NCBI GenBank assembly: GCA_040756135.1
Contig: JBFLZS010000007.1
Coordinates: forward strand, 3,072-67,071
Origin: Nitrospirota bacterium
GTDB lineage: Bacteria > Nitrospirota > Thermodesulfovibrionia > Thermodesulfovibrionales > SM23-35
Direction: 5' to 3'
DNA: 64,000 nt
Positions 1-7,780 of this stretch are shown here, one piece after another. The notes under the pieces were generated by a model. That model made no database searches and had not been told where the DNA came from. It saw nothing but the letters and a program-made list of their open reading frames with translations. Position 1 is the first letter of the stretch; the number at the start of each line of letters is the position of its first letter. The translations under genes and the position numbers were made by a program.

Positions 1-56
1 AGGGTTTGAGAAATTCGAATCCGTAGTAGGAATAATAAATATTCAGATATAAATAG

Positions 57-469
57 GGTCTGTCCATAAACTTGCAATTTGTCATTGTCCGGCTTGACCG
101 GACAATCCAGACCCTGTTGAAAAGACTGGATTCCCCGATCAAGTCGGGGAATGACGGATAACTTATTAAGGGTCTCAAAATTGAATTTACATAAATCATA
201 AAATCTCCCCTCACCCCTCTTTGCTAAAGAGGGGTATAAATCCTCCCTTTGGCAAAGGGAGGTTAGGAGGGATTTTATAAATAATGTTGTCATTAGAGCC
301 TGTTGCACAAATGGCAAAATCGGGCATTCTGTCATGCTGAATTTATTTCAGCATCTAATAAAATCAAGGGGTTATGAGACCCTGAAACAAGTTCAGGGTG
401 ACAAATAATGATTTGTGCAACAGACTCATTATTATGAGACCATTAATATTCTTAGTTTATGGACAGAAT
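57..469. mobile_element. Triple nest of MITE-like elements: family A outer element interrupted by a family B element, itself interrupted by a family E element
   Basis: Outer inverted termini ggtctgtccataaac (57-71) and gtttatggacag (455-466). Family A twin hairpins at 81-155, family B core at 200-276. Family E has 15-bp TIRs gcctgttgcacaaat (298-312) and atttgtgcaacagac (411-425). Confidence 0.7.
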
Positions 470-502
470 TAGAGTAGGGAGTAAAGATTTACAGGTGACA
501 GA

Positions 503-772
503 ATGACGGAGAGGCGCAAGAAGGCGGCAGCCTTGAGGTATAGGCATGGAAAGGATTCTGCCCCAAAGGTTGTAGCAAAAGGAAGCGGAATCATAGCAGA
601 AAAGATTTTGAAGATAGCAAGGGAGCACAATATTCCAATAAAGGAAGATTTGCATCTTATAGAAGTCCTTTCAAATCTCGACCTTTATCAGGAAATACCC
701 CCTGAGCTTTACAGGGCGGTTGCAGAAATACTTGTCTTTGTTTATAAAATGACAAAGAAGGTGCAATATTAA
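503..772 (+). CDS. Stand-alone FlhB C-terminal-subdomain paralogue (YlqH / EscU-YscU-HrcU C-terminal family)
   Basis: 89 aa. Aligns by eye with the post-NPTH part of the FlhB in this window: [54 protein letters not shown] versus [54 protein letters not shown]. Confidence 0.85.
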   Translation: MTERRKKAAALRYRHGKDSAPKVVAKGSGIIAEKILKIAREHNIPIKEDLHLIEVLSNLDLYQEIPPELYRAVAEILVFVYKMTKKVQY

Positions 773-983
773 GAAGACCCTTTCCCCCCTCTCAAGAGGG
801 ACTGGTGCGTCATCAGTGTTTAATTCTCCGCCTGACTTCGTAAGACTTATATATCTTTATCTGTGGATAATGTTCCTTTATATATACTTCAACCTTTGGA
901 TGGATCATGTAACTTAGAAAAATTGGTAGAATAGGAGCTTTAATTTTATTGTCTGAGAAATTTGCATAACAGAAATAGACGAA

Positions 984-1385
984 CTATCTCAGAAGAATAC
1001 TTATGATTGCTCCAACCACGGAACCAATAAGGGCAGAAAGTGGAAGGATGTATTTGATGAGAAGTCTTCTTAATTCAGAAATCTCATTTCTAATTCCAGA
1101 AATCTCGTTTCTGATTCCAGAAATCTCGTTTCTGATTCCAGAAATCTCGTTTCTAATTCCAGAAATCTCATTTCTGAGATTCGTCTCAACTGTATCTATC
1201 TTTATATCTAATTGCTTAATCTCATTTCTGAGATTCGTCTCTATCTCCCTTGCAATCTCTTGCAGGTCAGCCTTTGTAGCAGCTCCACGCTGGATAGAAT
1301 CCTCGATAAAGGTGATTATGGCAGTTGCTTCTTCATCGCCGAGTTTTGGAGCAATCTTTTTATATACATCTACCGCAGTAAGCAT
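984..1385 (-). CDS. Coiled-coil, C-terminally membrane-anchored protein (DUF1640-like) with a five-fold RNEISGI heptad array
   Basis: 133 aa. Has an ATKADLQEI motif typical of DUF1640-like proteins, five RNEISGI heptads, and a hydrophobic C-terminus ILPLSALIGSVVGAIISILL. Confidence 0.7.
   Translation of the reverse strand: MLTAVDVYKKIAPKLGDEEATAIITFIEDSIQRGAATKADLQEIAREIETNLRNEIKQLDIKIDTVETNLRNEISGIRNEISGIRNEISGIRNEISGIRNEISELRRLLIKYILPLSALIGSVVGAIISILLR
1076..1187. repeat. 21-bp tandem repeat (about 5 units) inside the DUF1640-like gene
   Basis: Unit cagaaatctc[a/g]tttct[a/g]attc repeats head to tail from 1076. Each unit contains the small palindrome gaaatctcatttc. A related copy lies at 1217-1241. 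Confidence 0.9.
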
Positions 1386-1391
1386 GGTTTA

Positions 1392-1420
1392 TTTATATCA
1401 GATTAATTAAACAATGTCAA
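1392..1420 (-). promoter_or_regulatory. Sigma-70-type promoter candidate, TTGACA-17-TATAAA, for the DUF1640-like gene
   Basis: The minus strand reads TTGACA (1420-1415), a 17-nt spacer, then TATAAA (1397-1392). Only 6 nt separate the -10 box from the ATG at 1385, implying a leaderless or near-leaderless mRNA. Confidence 0.4.
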
Positions 1421-1464
1421 ATGTGGTGAAATTCTTTCTCTGTGGTTAATTTAAGTTTTTGTTC

Positions 1465-2517
1465 TTATACGGAGTTTATTATCTCCCCGGCCATTTCTTC
1501 TAACGGCAGGACCTTATCTGCTATCCCAGCTTCAATTACTGCCTTTGGCATTCCATAAATGATACATGTTTCTTCGTTTTGTGCCAATATCCTTCCTCCT
1601 GACTTTTTTAATGTAATTAATCCCTTGAGTCCGTCATTTCCCATACCGGTAAGTATCACTCCAAGCGCCCTTTCAGGGAAATATTCAGCTACAGATGCCA
1701 TGAGGGCATCCACAGACGGGATATAAATAAATTCCTCTTTATTCTCGGAAATCCTTACAATAGTCTCTATTCCCCTTATCCTTAAGGCCCTCATATTCCC
1801 TTTACCAGGCGCTATCAGAGCGACGCCTGGCTTTAAGGGCTCTCCTTCCTCGGCCTCTTTCACAGTAATCTGACTGAGTTGGTCGAGTCTTTCAGCAAAG
1901 GGCTTTGTGAAATTTGGAGGCATATGCTGAGCTATCAGGATAGGGACAGGAAAATCCTTCGGCAATTTGGGTATTATATCCTGAAGGGCCTTTGGCCCAC
2001 CTGTGGAAGTGCCAATTGAAACAACTGCTATCCTACGTTCACCTGTTGCCCTAATGGGCATACCCCTTGGCATTTCAAAGGTCTTATGGTCAGCAACGTT
2101 TCTAAGATGTCTTCTCAGGACGCCCTTTTTTGATATCTGTTTTACTTTATTAATTAATATCTCCTTTATCTTGACTATGTTTATTGAAAGATCAGATAGA
2201 TTTTTTGGTATAAAATCCACAGCTCCAAGATCAAGGGCATCAAGGGTAACCTTTGCGCCCTCTGAAGTCAAGGAACTGACCATTATTACTGGGAGTGGAT
2301 TCTTTTCCATGATCTGCTTTAAAGCAGTCAGGCCATCCATCTTTGGCATCTCAACGTCCATGGTCACAATATCAGGCTTTAGAATTGCAGCCTTCTCTAT
2401 TGCTTCAAGCCCATCCTTTGCAGTACCTACAATTTTGATCTCCGGATCGGATGAAAGCATTTTTGTGAGGGCATTCCTCATGAATGCAGAGTCATCAACA
2501 ATAAGTACCTTTACCAT
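1465..2517 (-). CDS. cheB: Chemotaxis response regulator protein-glutamate methylesterase
   Basis: N-terminal receiver (VLIVDDSAFMR, DVEMPKMDG) plus methylesterase domain with GTSTGGP, AQHMPP and GMGNDG motifs. Confidence 0.95.
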   Translation of the reverse strand: MVKVLIVDDSAFMRNALTKMLSSDPEIKIVGTAKDGLEAIEKAAILKPDIVTMDVEMPKMDGLTALKQIMEKNPLPVIMVSSLTSEGAKVTLDALDLGAVDFIPKNLSDLSINIVKIKEILINKVKQISKKGVLRRHLRNVADHKTFEMPRGMPIRATGERRIAVVSIGTSTGGPKALQDIIPKLPKDFPVPILIAQHMPPNFTKPFAERLDQLSQITVKEAEEGEPLKPGVALIAPGKGNMRALRIRGIETIVRISENKEEFIYIPSVDALMASVAEYFPERALGVILTGMGNDGLKGLITLKKSGGRILAQNEETCIIYGMPKAVIEAGIADKVLPLEEMAGEIINSV

Positions 2518-2518
2518 G

Positions 2519-3769
2519 TTAAAATCCGAAATCCTTCAAAAGGTCATCAACGTCAGCCTGCGATACTTTCTCGTGAATTAATACCTCCGTCTTGCCATGT
2601 TCAATCTTGACGCCGAAGGTTGTTACCAATCTCACGAGCTCTTCTTCTATATCTCCCACAAGTTTGATGACCCGTTTTATGGTCTGCCCTGTAATGTCCT
2701 GAAAGGATTGAGTCGTGAGTATTTCCGTCAGATCATCCTCGAGTGAATTCTTAAAATTTTTAAGATAATTTACTGAATCTGCCGGCTCTTTTATATTTCT
2801 TATATGTGAGGAAATTTCATCCATACTCAGTATATATTTTTCGACTATCCCTAACGTCTTGTTTGCGGCCTCTTCTGTCTGATCCATGACAAACTGGAGC
2901 CTGTCAATAGCGTTGGGCATTTCCATCATTGCCATATTTTTGAGTTTAGGGTCAATGGCCTCCTTAAAACTTTTAATGGAGTCGTGAAGCTTTCTTGTAA
3001 TCTTACCCACCTCCTTAAAGAGGTCGCCCTGTCCTTTTTTGATGATATGCTGAATGGCATCGTCCGCTTTTTCATAATCCTGGACTGATAAGGCATCAAT
3101 AAAGTTGACGATGTCGTCAAATATTAGGTATCTGGGGTCGTTAGAGTCTATTCCCCTTTGTTCAAAAAAAGTCTTCGTATCGTATAGCTCCGTTACCTTC
3201 ATTTCTCCAGCCATTGTCTGAACTGTCTTTTCCACTTCAACCTTATCACCCCTTTCCTGAATATCAACAACAAAATCCTCAAAAAGACTCATATCATCGA
3301 GGGGGAGGAGTTTTTTTGTATCAAGAAGGACAACAAGTCTGTCAGGGAGTTTAGCAACCCCCTTGACCTGCTCCACATGGCCGTTTAAGAAACTTTCAGG
3401 AGGTTCTATGGATGATTCTTCTATGTTGATGACGCCGGTGATTCCGTCAACAAAAATGCCGAAGGTTATTTTTCCTGCGGCAATGACGATCACTTTATTA
3501 CTTTCAAATCCCCCCTCGCTCCCCTTTGACCCCTCTTTGTCCCTCTTTAGTAAGGGGGGAATTAAAGGGGGGTTGGGAGGATTATTTAAATTTACGAGCT
3601 TCTTTAGATTGACTATAGGGATGATGTTTCCTCTGATGTTTGTGATTCCCTCTATATATGGTGGAGATTGGGGCATTCTGGTTATGGAAGGTAAATTAAT
3701 TATTTCACGAACCTTCAGTATAGGGATCGTGTATTCATTACTATTAAGATTAAATCCAATATATTGCAT
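2519..3769 (-). CDS. CheW-CheZ fusion protein (coupling domain plus CheY-P phosphatase domain)
   Basis: N-terminus is CheW-like (YIGFNLNSNEYTIPILKVREI..IEGITNIRGNIIPIVNL..VVLLDTKKLL). C-terminus is CheZ-like (SFQDITGQTIKRVI and terminal SQADVDDLLKDFGF). Start placed at the ATG at 3769, preceded by GGAGGA; the ORF track offers 3784. Confidence 0.85.
   Translation of the reverse strand: MQYIGFNLNSNEYTIPILKVREIINLPSITRMPQSPPYIEGITNIRGNIIPIVNLKKLVNLNNPPNPPLIPPLLKRDKEGSKGSEGGFESNKVIVIAAGKITFGIFVDGITGVINIEESSIEPPESFLNGHVEQVKGVAKLPDRLVVLLDTKKLLPLDDMSLFEDFVVDIQERGDKVEVEKTVQTMAGEMKVTELYDTKTFFEQRGIDSNDPRYLIFDDIVNFIDALSVQDYEKADDAIQHIIKKGQGDLFKEVGKITRKLHDSIKSFKEAIDPKLKNMAMMEMPNAIDRLQFVMDQTEEAANKTLGIVEKYILSMDEISSHIRNIKEPADSVNYLKNFKNSLEDDLTEILTTQSFQDITGQTIKRVIKLVGDIEEELVRLVTTFGVKIEHGKTEVLIHEKVSQADVDDLLKDFGF
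3506..3583. repeat. Family B-prime palindromic element inserted in frame in the CheW domain
   Basis: aaatcccccctcgctcccctttgacccctctttgtccctctttagtaaggggggaattaaaggggggttgggaggatt, translated as NNPPNPPLIPPLLKRDKEGSKGSEGGFES. Confidence 0.8.
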
Positions 3770-3784
3770 ATATCCTCCTTTCAA

Positions 3785-3940
3785 AATAGTGTCTGTCCAT
3801 AAACTAATGTGTACATTCCGTCAGTCTCCCTGCTTACAACCTGCAGGGACAGGCTTAAGCCGGAATCCAGTGTTTTCAACAGGTTCTGGATTCCTGCCTA
3901 CGCAGGAATGACAAAAAACCTGACTTTATGGACAGACTCT
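3785..3940. mobile_element. Family A MITE-like element, full length
   Basis: Outer termini aatagtgtctgtccataaac and ctttatggacagactct flank two hairpin modules ending in ggaatccag and ctggattcc..ggaatgac. Confidence 0.75.
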
Positions 3941-4047
3941 AAATAGTGTCTGTGCATAAACTCGATTAATTACCGTTTTCTGTCATTCCGCTTGTCCGGA
4001 ATCTTTCTTTAAGAAGGATTCCCGACGCGCTTCGCTTGCGGGAATGA
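3941..4047. repeat. Family A element, partial copy abutting the previous one
   Basis: Starts with aaatagtgtctgtgcataaac and contains gtcattccgcttgtccggaatc and gcgggaatgac hairpin modules. No right outer terminus. Confidence 0.6.
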
Positions 4048-4060
4048 CAAAAATGATCAA

Positions 4061-4162
4061 ATAATAACCAATAACCAATTTCCAATAACCAAACTTTTTT
4101 GGAATTTGGTGTTTGGTTATTGAGATTTATTTGGATTTTGGAATTTGGTCATTGGTTATTTT
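4061..4162. repeat. Short-period (about 7 nt) hairpin repeat, family D
   Basis: aataaccaataaccaatttccaataaccaaac, then a T run, then ggaatttggtgtttggttattgag, followed by further ttggattttggaatttggtcattggttatt. Confidence 0.7.
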
Positions 4163-4173
4163 GTTATTTCTAT

Positions 4174-5844
4174 TCATTTCCTTACTCCGAGCACATTCCT
4201 CGATACCCCTGCAAGGTCGAGTATAAGAACAACCTTCCCATCACCCGTGATGGTGGCGCCAAGCACACAGGATGAATCTGTATCTATTCCCTCTACGGCC
4301 TTTATAACAATTTCCTCCTGACCCAAAAGCTCATCCACTGCAACGCAAAACTTTTTTCCCCCGATAGAGATGACAACGACGTATCTGTGCTGATAATCAG
4401 TCAGTCTGCCATTTCCAAGAATATCGGATAGCTCAAATATTGGGAGGACATTCCCCCTGATGACCAGAACCTTCTGGCCTACCACATCAGTAATATCTTT
4501 TTTTGAGACTTTAAGTGTTTCTACAACTGATGTAAGTGGTATAGCATAATGAGAGCTACCTGCACGCACCATAAGGGCCTGAATTATTGCCAGGGTAAGG
4601 GGTATGCTTATCCTGAATGTGGTTCCAATATCTTTTTTGGTTGTTATCTCGGCATAACCGTTGAGTTTTGATATATTTGTTTTCACAACATCCATCCCAA
4701 CCCCGCGGCCACTAAGTTCGGTAGCCACCTCAGCAGTGGAAAATCCCGGTAAGAATATGAGATTTGTTGCCGCCTCATCCGTCATGTTCATGGCTTCATC
4801 TTCTGTTATCAATCCCTTTTCACTGGCCTTTCTTTTAACCCGTTCCACATCTATTCCCCTGCCGTCGTCAGATACCTCAATTACAATCTGATTGCCTTTC
4901 TGGTAAGCGCTTATAGAAATGATGCCCTTTTCAGGTTTTCCTTTTGAACGCCTCTCTTGCATTGGCTCGATAGCATGATCAACGGCATTTCTTATAATGT
5001 GCACAAGGGGGTCTCCTATATGTTCAATCACGGACTTATCAACTTCTGTATCTTCACCGGATATCCTGAGGTCCACATCCTTCCCCAGGTTGCCGGATAT
5101 ATCTCTTACGAGGCGGGGAAACTTGCTGAAGACCTTCTGTATGGGCTGCATACGTATCCTCATAACAGCAAGCTGCATATCAGAGGTAACGAGGTCGAGG
5201 AAAGAAACAGTTTCAAAGAGGCTTTCGATGTAATGGTCTCCGGAATATTTCATTTCGAGATAATTCATGATATTTAGAAGTCTGTTTCTTATTAAAACAA
5301 CTTCACCTGTCAGGTCCATAACCTTATCAATTCTGTTTATGTCAACCCTGAGGGTTTGACCTGGTGACGAGTGACGAGTGACGAGTGAGGAGTCTTTTTC
5401 ACTTCTATCTTCTGATTCTTTTTTGACTTCTGGTTCCTGGTTCCTGACTTCTGACTCCTGAGATTTGAGTGCTATATCAAGTTCTTTCAAAAGAGGCGAA
5501 ATGTCTTCTTCTTTTCCATCCTTTAGTTTTATATGCTGAAGTAAGAGCCGGAGCAAATCTACGCTCTTTAGAATTACATCCATCAATTTCTTTGTGACTG
5601 AAATTTTGCCGTCTCTAAGTTTCTTCAGAATATTCTCTGCGCCATGCGCAACATCAACTATGGACTGGAAACCGAGGAAACCTGCAGCCCCCTTAACGGT
5701 ATGCATACTTCTGAATATCTCGTTTAAAATATCCTTATCATGACCCTTTGACTCGATCTCAATAAAAAGAGGATCTATCTTATCCAGAGACTCTTCCGCG
5801 TCTGTGATAAATTCTGATATTATCTCTTCCATCTCGTCAGGCAT
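4174..5844 (-). CDS. cheA: Chemotaxis histidine kinase CheA (P1, linker, P3-P4-P5; no obvious P2)
   Basis: Hpt motif SMHTVKGAAGFLGF; HATPase motifs HIIRNAVDHAIE, DDGRGID, GRGVGMDVV; C-terminal CheW-like domain. Confidence 0.95.
   Translation of the reverse strand: MPDEMEEIISEFITDAEESLDKIDPLFIEIESKGHDKDILNEIFRSMHTVKGAAGFLGFQSIVDVAHGAENILKKLRDGKISVTKKLMDVILKSVDLLRLLLQHIKLKDGKEEDISPLLKELDIALKSQESEVRNQEPEVKKESEDRSEKDSSLVTRHSSPGQTLRVDINRIDKVMDLTGEVVLIRNRLLNIMNYLEMKYSGDHYIESLFETVSFLDLVTSDMQLAVMRIRMQPIQKVFSKFPRLVRDISGNLGKDVDLRISGEDTEVDKSVIEHIGDPLVHIIRNAVDHAIEPMQERRSKGKPEKGIISISAYQKGNQIVIEVSDDGRGIDVERVKRKASEKGLITEDEAMNMTDEAATNLIFLPGFSTAEVATELSGRGVGMDVVKTNISKLNGYAEITTKKDIGTTFRISIPLTLAIIQALMVRAGSSHYAIPLTSVVETLKVSKKDITDVVGQKVLVIRGNVLPIFELSDILGNGRLTDYQHRYVVVISIGGKKFCVAVDELLGQEEIVIKAVEGIDTDSSCVLGATITGDGKVVLILDLAGVSRNVLGVRK
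5363..5462. repeat. Heptamer-type repeat DNA forming the CheA P1-P3 linker
   Basis: gtgacgagtgacgagtgacgagtgagg ... ttctggttcctggttcctgacttctgactcctga, translated as SQESEVRNQEPEVKKESEDRSEKDSSLVTRHSS. Confidence 0.65.
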
Positions 5845-5860
5845 ATCTCACTCCTTTATA

Positions 5861-5923
5861 GGGTCAAGGGTCATGGGGCAAGGGTCAAGTCAAAGACTTG
5901 ATAAGCCCTTGCCCCTTGACCCT
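5861..5923. repeat. Family D heptamer hairpin between cheA and cheY
   Basis: gggtcaagggtcatggggcaagggtcaag tcaaaga cttgataagcccttgccccttgaccct; the arms are largely complementary. Confidence 0.7.
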
Positions 5924-6314
5924 ATTTGTTCAGTTTCTCGAATATCTTATCCATCTTTTCCTTTAAAACCTCTGCTGTAAAGGGCTTCACGACATAATTA
6001 CTGACCCCTGCCTTTATAGCCACAATGACCTTTTCCTTCTCTGCCTCGGCTGTAACCATAAGGAATGGCATATCCTTTAATTCAGGGTCGCTTCGAACTT
6101 TTTTCAGTAGCTCAAGGCCGTCCATGTTCGGCATATTCCAATCAGCTACAACAAACCCAACACCCCCATTTTTTAATTTTGTATATGCCTGAGCGCCATC
6201 CTCTGCTTCTTCGAAGTTTTCATATCCCAGTTGTTTGTATATATTTCTTATAATCCTTCTCATTGTTGGAAAATCATCAACAATGAGGATCTTCATTTTG
6301 TAGTCAGGCATCAT
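5922..6314 (-). CDS. cheY: Chemotaxis response regulator CheY
   Basis: Single receiver domain with [22 protein letters not shown] and VVKPF. The start may be the second ATG (6311), given GGAGG spacing. Confidence 0.9.
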   Translation of the reverse strand: MMPDYKMKILIVDDFPTMRRIIRNIYKQLGYENFEEAEDGAQAYTKLKNGGVGFVVADWNMPNMDGLELLKKVRSDPELKDMPFLMVTAEAEKEKVIVAIKAGVSNYVVKPFTAEVLKEKMDKIFEKLNK

Positions 6315-6693
6315 GGCCTCCTTTTGTGTATATATCCTTCAAGAGGTTTCTTATTTTTTCTATAACCACATCGGCAGTTACCGGTTTCACAACATAGCCA
6401 TTGGCTCCAGCCTTAAATGCCCTTTCTTTCTCCTCAGGGTCTGCTTCTGTTGAGACCATAAGGACAGGAATATGAACCCAGTTAGGATCGGACCTGATGG
6501 TCTTTACGAACTCAATGCCATCCATGTAAGGCATGTTAATGTCTGACAGAATCAGATTGATGTCCTCTGTTGCAAGCTTTTCTATTGCATCAAGGCCGTT
6601 TTCAGCAAATATAATATCAAAGCCTTTTGTCTTCAAATAGAGGCCGAGAAGTTTTCTCGTTGTCTGGCAATCATCAACTATCATAATCTTCAT
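6304..6693 (-). CDS. Second CheY-like single-domain response regulator
   Basis: [27 protein letters not shown]. Overlaps the cheY start. Confidence 0.85.
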   Translation of the reverse strand: MKIMIVDDCQTTRKLLGLYLKTKGFDIIFAENGLDAIEKLATEDINLILSDINMPYMDGIEFVKTIRSDPNWVHIPVLMVSTEADPEEKERAFKAGANGYVVKPVTADVVIEKIRNLLKDIYTKGGHDA

Positions 6694-6710
6694 GGCATCT
6701 CCTTACTAAA

Positions 6711-6790
6711 GAAAGGGGCAAGGGCAGGTAGCAAAGGGGCAAGTTTTTTGACCCATGACCCCTGACCCATGACCCATGACTCTTGACCCT
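6711..6790. repeat. Family D heptamer repeat between cheR and the second cheY
   Basis: gaaaggggcaagggcaggtagcaaaggggcaag, then ttttt, then six tandem heptamers: tgaccca tgacccc tgaccca tgaccca tgactct tgaccct. Confidence 0.8.
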
Positions 6791-6791
6791 T

Positions 6792-7610
6792 TCATACTTT
6801 TTGGTATACCACTACCCTGTTAAAAATGACAGGCCTGAATGCCCTTGTTATATTATGAAGGCTTTCAGACGTGCCTATAAATAAAAATCCCCTGGTTTTC
6901 AGACTGCCGTATAAAAAAGATACAACCTTCTGTTTGGCCCTGTCATCGAAATAAATGAGGACATTGCGGCAAAATATAACATCAACATCACGCATAAACC
7001 TCATCTTTTTTTCATCAACAAGATTTATATTCATGAATTTGACAGAATTCTTTATAGAGTGTTCAAGCTCATAGGCGTGCCCGTTTACTCTAAAATATTT
7101 TTTGAGAAAGGGTTCTGGCACATTTCTTACGGAGTATGAGCTGTAAACAGCATTCACTGCAGATTTTAAAACTCCGGCACTTATATCTGATGCAAATACA
7201 TCCATACGGACAGTAGACATCCTTTCTTTATGCATCATCACAATGGTGTATGGTTCCTCTCCTGTGGAGCAGGCAGCAGACCATATCTTCAAATTATCAG
7301 TACCTCTGGTCTTAGTAACCTCCGGGATAATAAAATTAAAAAATACATCCAATTGCTGTTGTTCCCTGAAAAAGAAGGTTTCATTCGTTGTTACAGCATC
7401 GAAAAGCTTTGCAAGCTCATCTCCATTTGCGCTATACTTTAAAAGATATAGATAATCCTCAAAGCTGTTAATATTTTTCTCCTGAAGCCTTTTAATAAGT
7501 CTATTTTCAAGAAAATACTTTTTTATGTCGGGTATAAAGATACCGCTTGTTTCGTATATAAAATCCCTCAATTGTTTGAAAGTCGAATCTTGAAGTGGAA
7601 TATTCAGCAT
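6792..7610 (-). CDS. cheR: Chemotaxis protein methyltransferase
   Basis: TNETFFFRE, IWSAACSTGEEPYT and IFCRNVLIYFD motifs. Confidence 0.93.
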   Translation of the reverse strand: MLNIPLQDSTFKQLRDFIYETSGIFIPDIKKYFLENRLIKRLQEKNINSFEDYLYLLKYSANGDELAKLFDAVTTNETFFFREQQQLDVFFNFIIPEVTKTRGTDNLKIWSAACSTGEEPYTIVMMHKERMSTVRMDVFASDISAGVLKSAVNAVYSSYSVRNVPEPFLKKYFRVNGHAYELEHSIKNSVKFMNINLVDEKKMRFMRDVDVIFCRNVLIYFDDRAKQKVVSFLYGSLKTRGFLFIGTSESLHNITRAFRPVIFNRVVVYQKV

Positions 7611-7668
7611 TTTCTATCCCATTACAACTATTGACTCCTGTAATAAAGGTCCTATGCTCGTTTTGTCT

Positions 7669-7765
7669 GTCATTCCGCACTTGATGCGGAATCCAGTCTT
7701 TATGCCTCTCTCTGGATTGCCCGATCAAGCCTGCCCTCGACTGCGATCGGGGGTCGGGCAATGAC
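7669..7765. repeat. Family A element (inner twin-hairpin part)
   Basis: gtcattccgcacttgatgcggaatccag ... ctggattgcccgatcaag ... gggcaatgac. Confidence 0.7.
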
Positions 7766-7780
7766 GAAATAGGACATTAC

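Noticed and set aside
2003-2581. Long plus-strand ORFs antisense to cheB, cheW-Z, fliG, fliM, flhA and others (for example 2003-2581, 3363-3911, 28111-28695, 18669-19052), and the minus-strand ORF 38739-39164 antisense to motA.
   Set aside because: They lie entirely opposite strongly supported genes, show low-complexity S/L/I-rich translations and have no RBS or family motif. These are typical shadow ORFs.
7507-7761. Short ORFs at 7507-7761, 9878-10093, 24720-24920, 30776-30961 and 38094-38366.
   Set aside because: Their translations (..VIPRLDRGIQ.., ..VKPDNDK.., ..AILRQAQDDK..) are simply readings of the family A/B/C repeat DNA, and each sits in an intergenic repeat.
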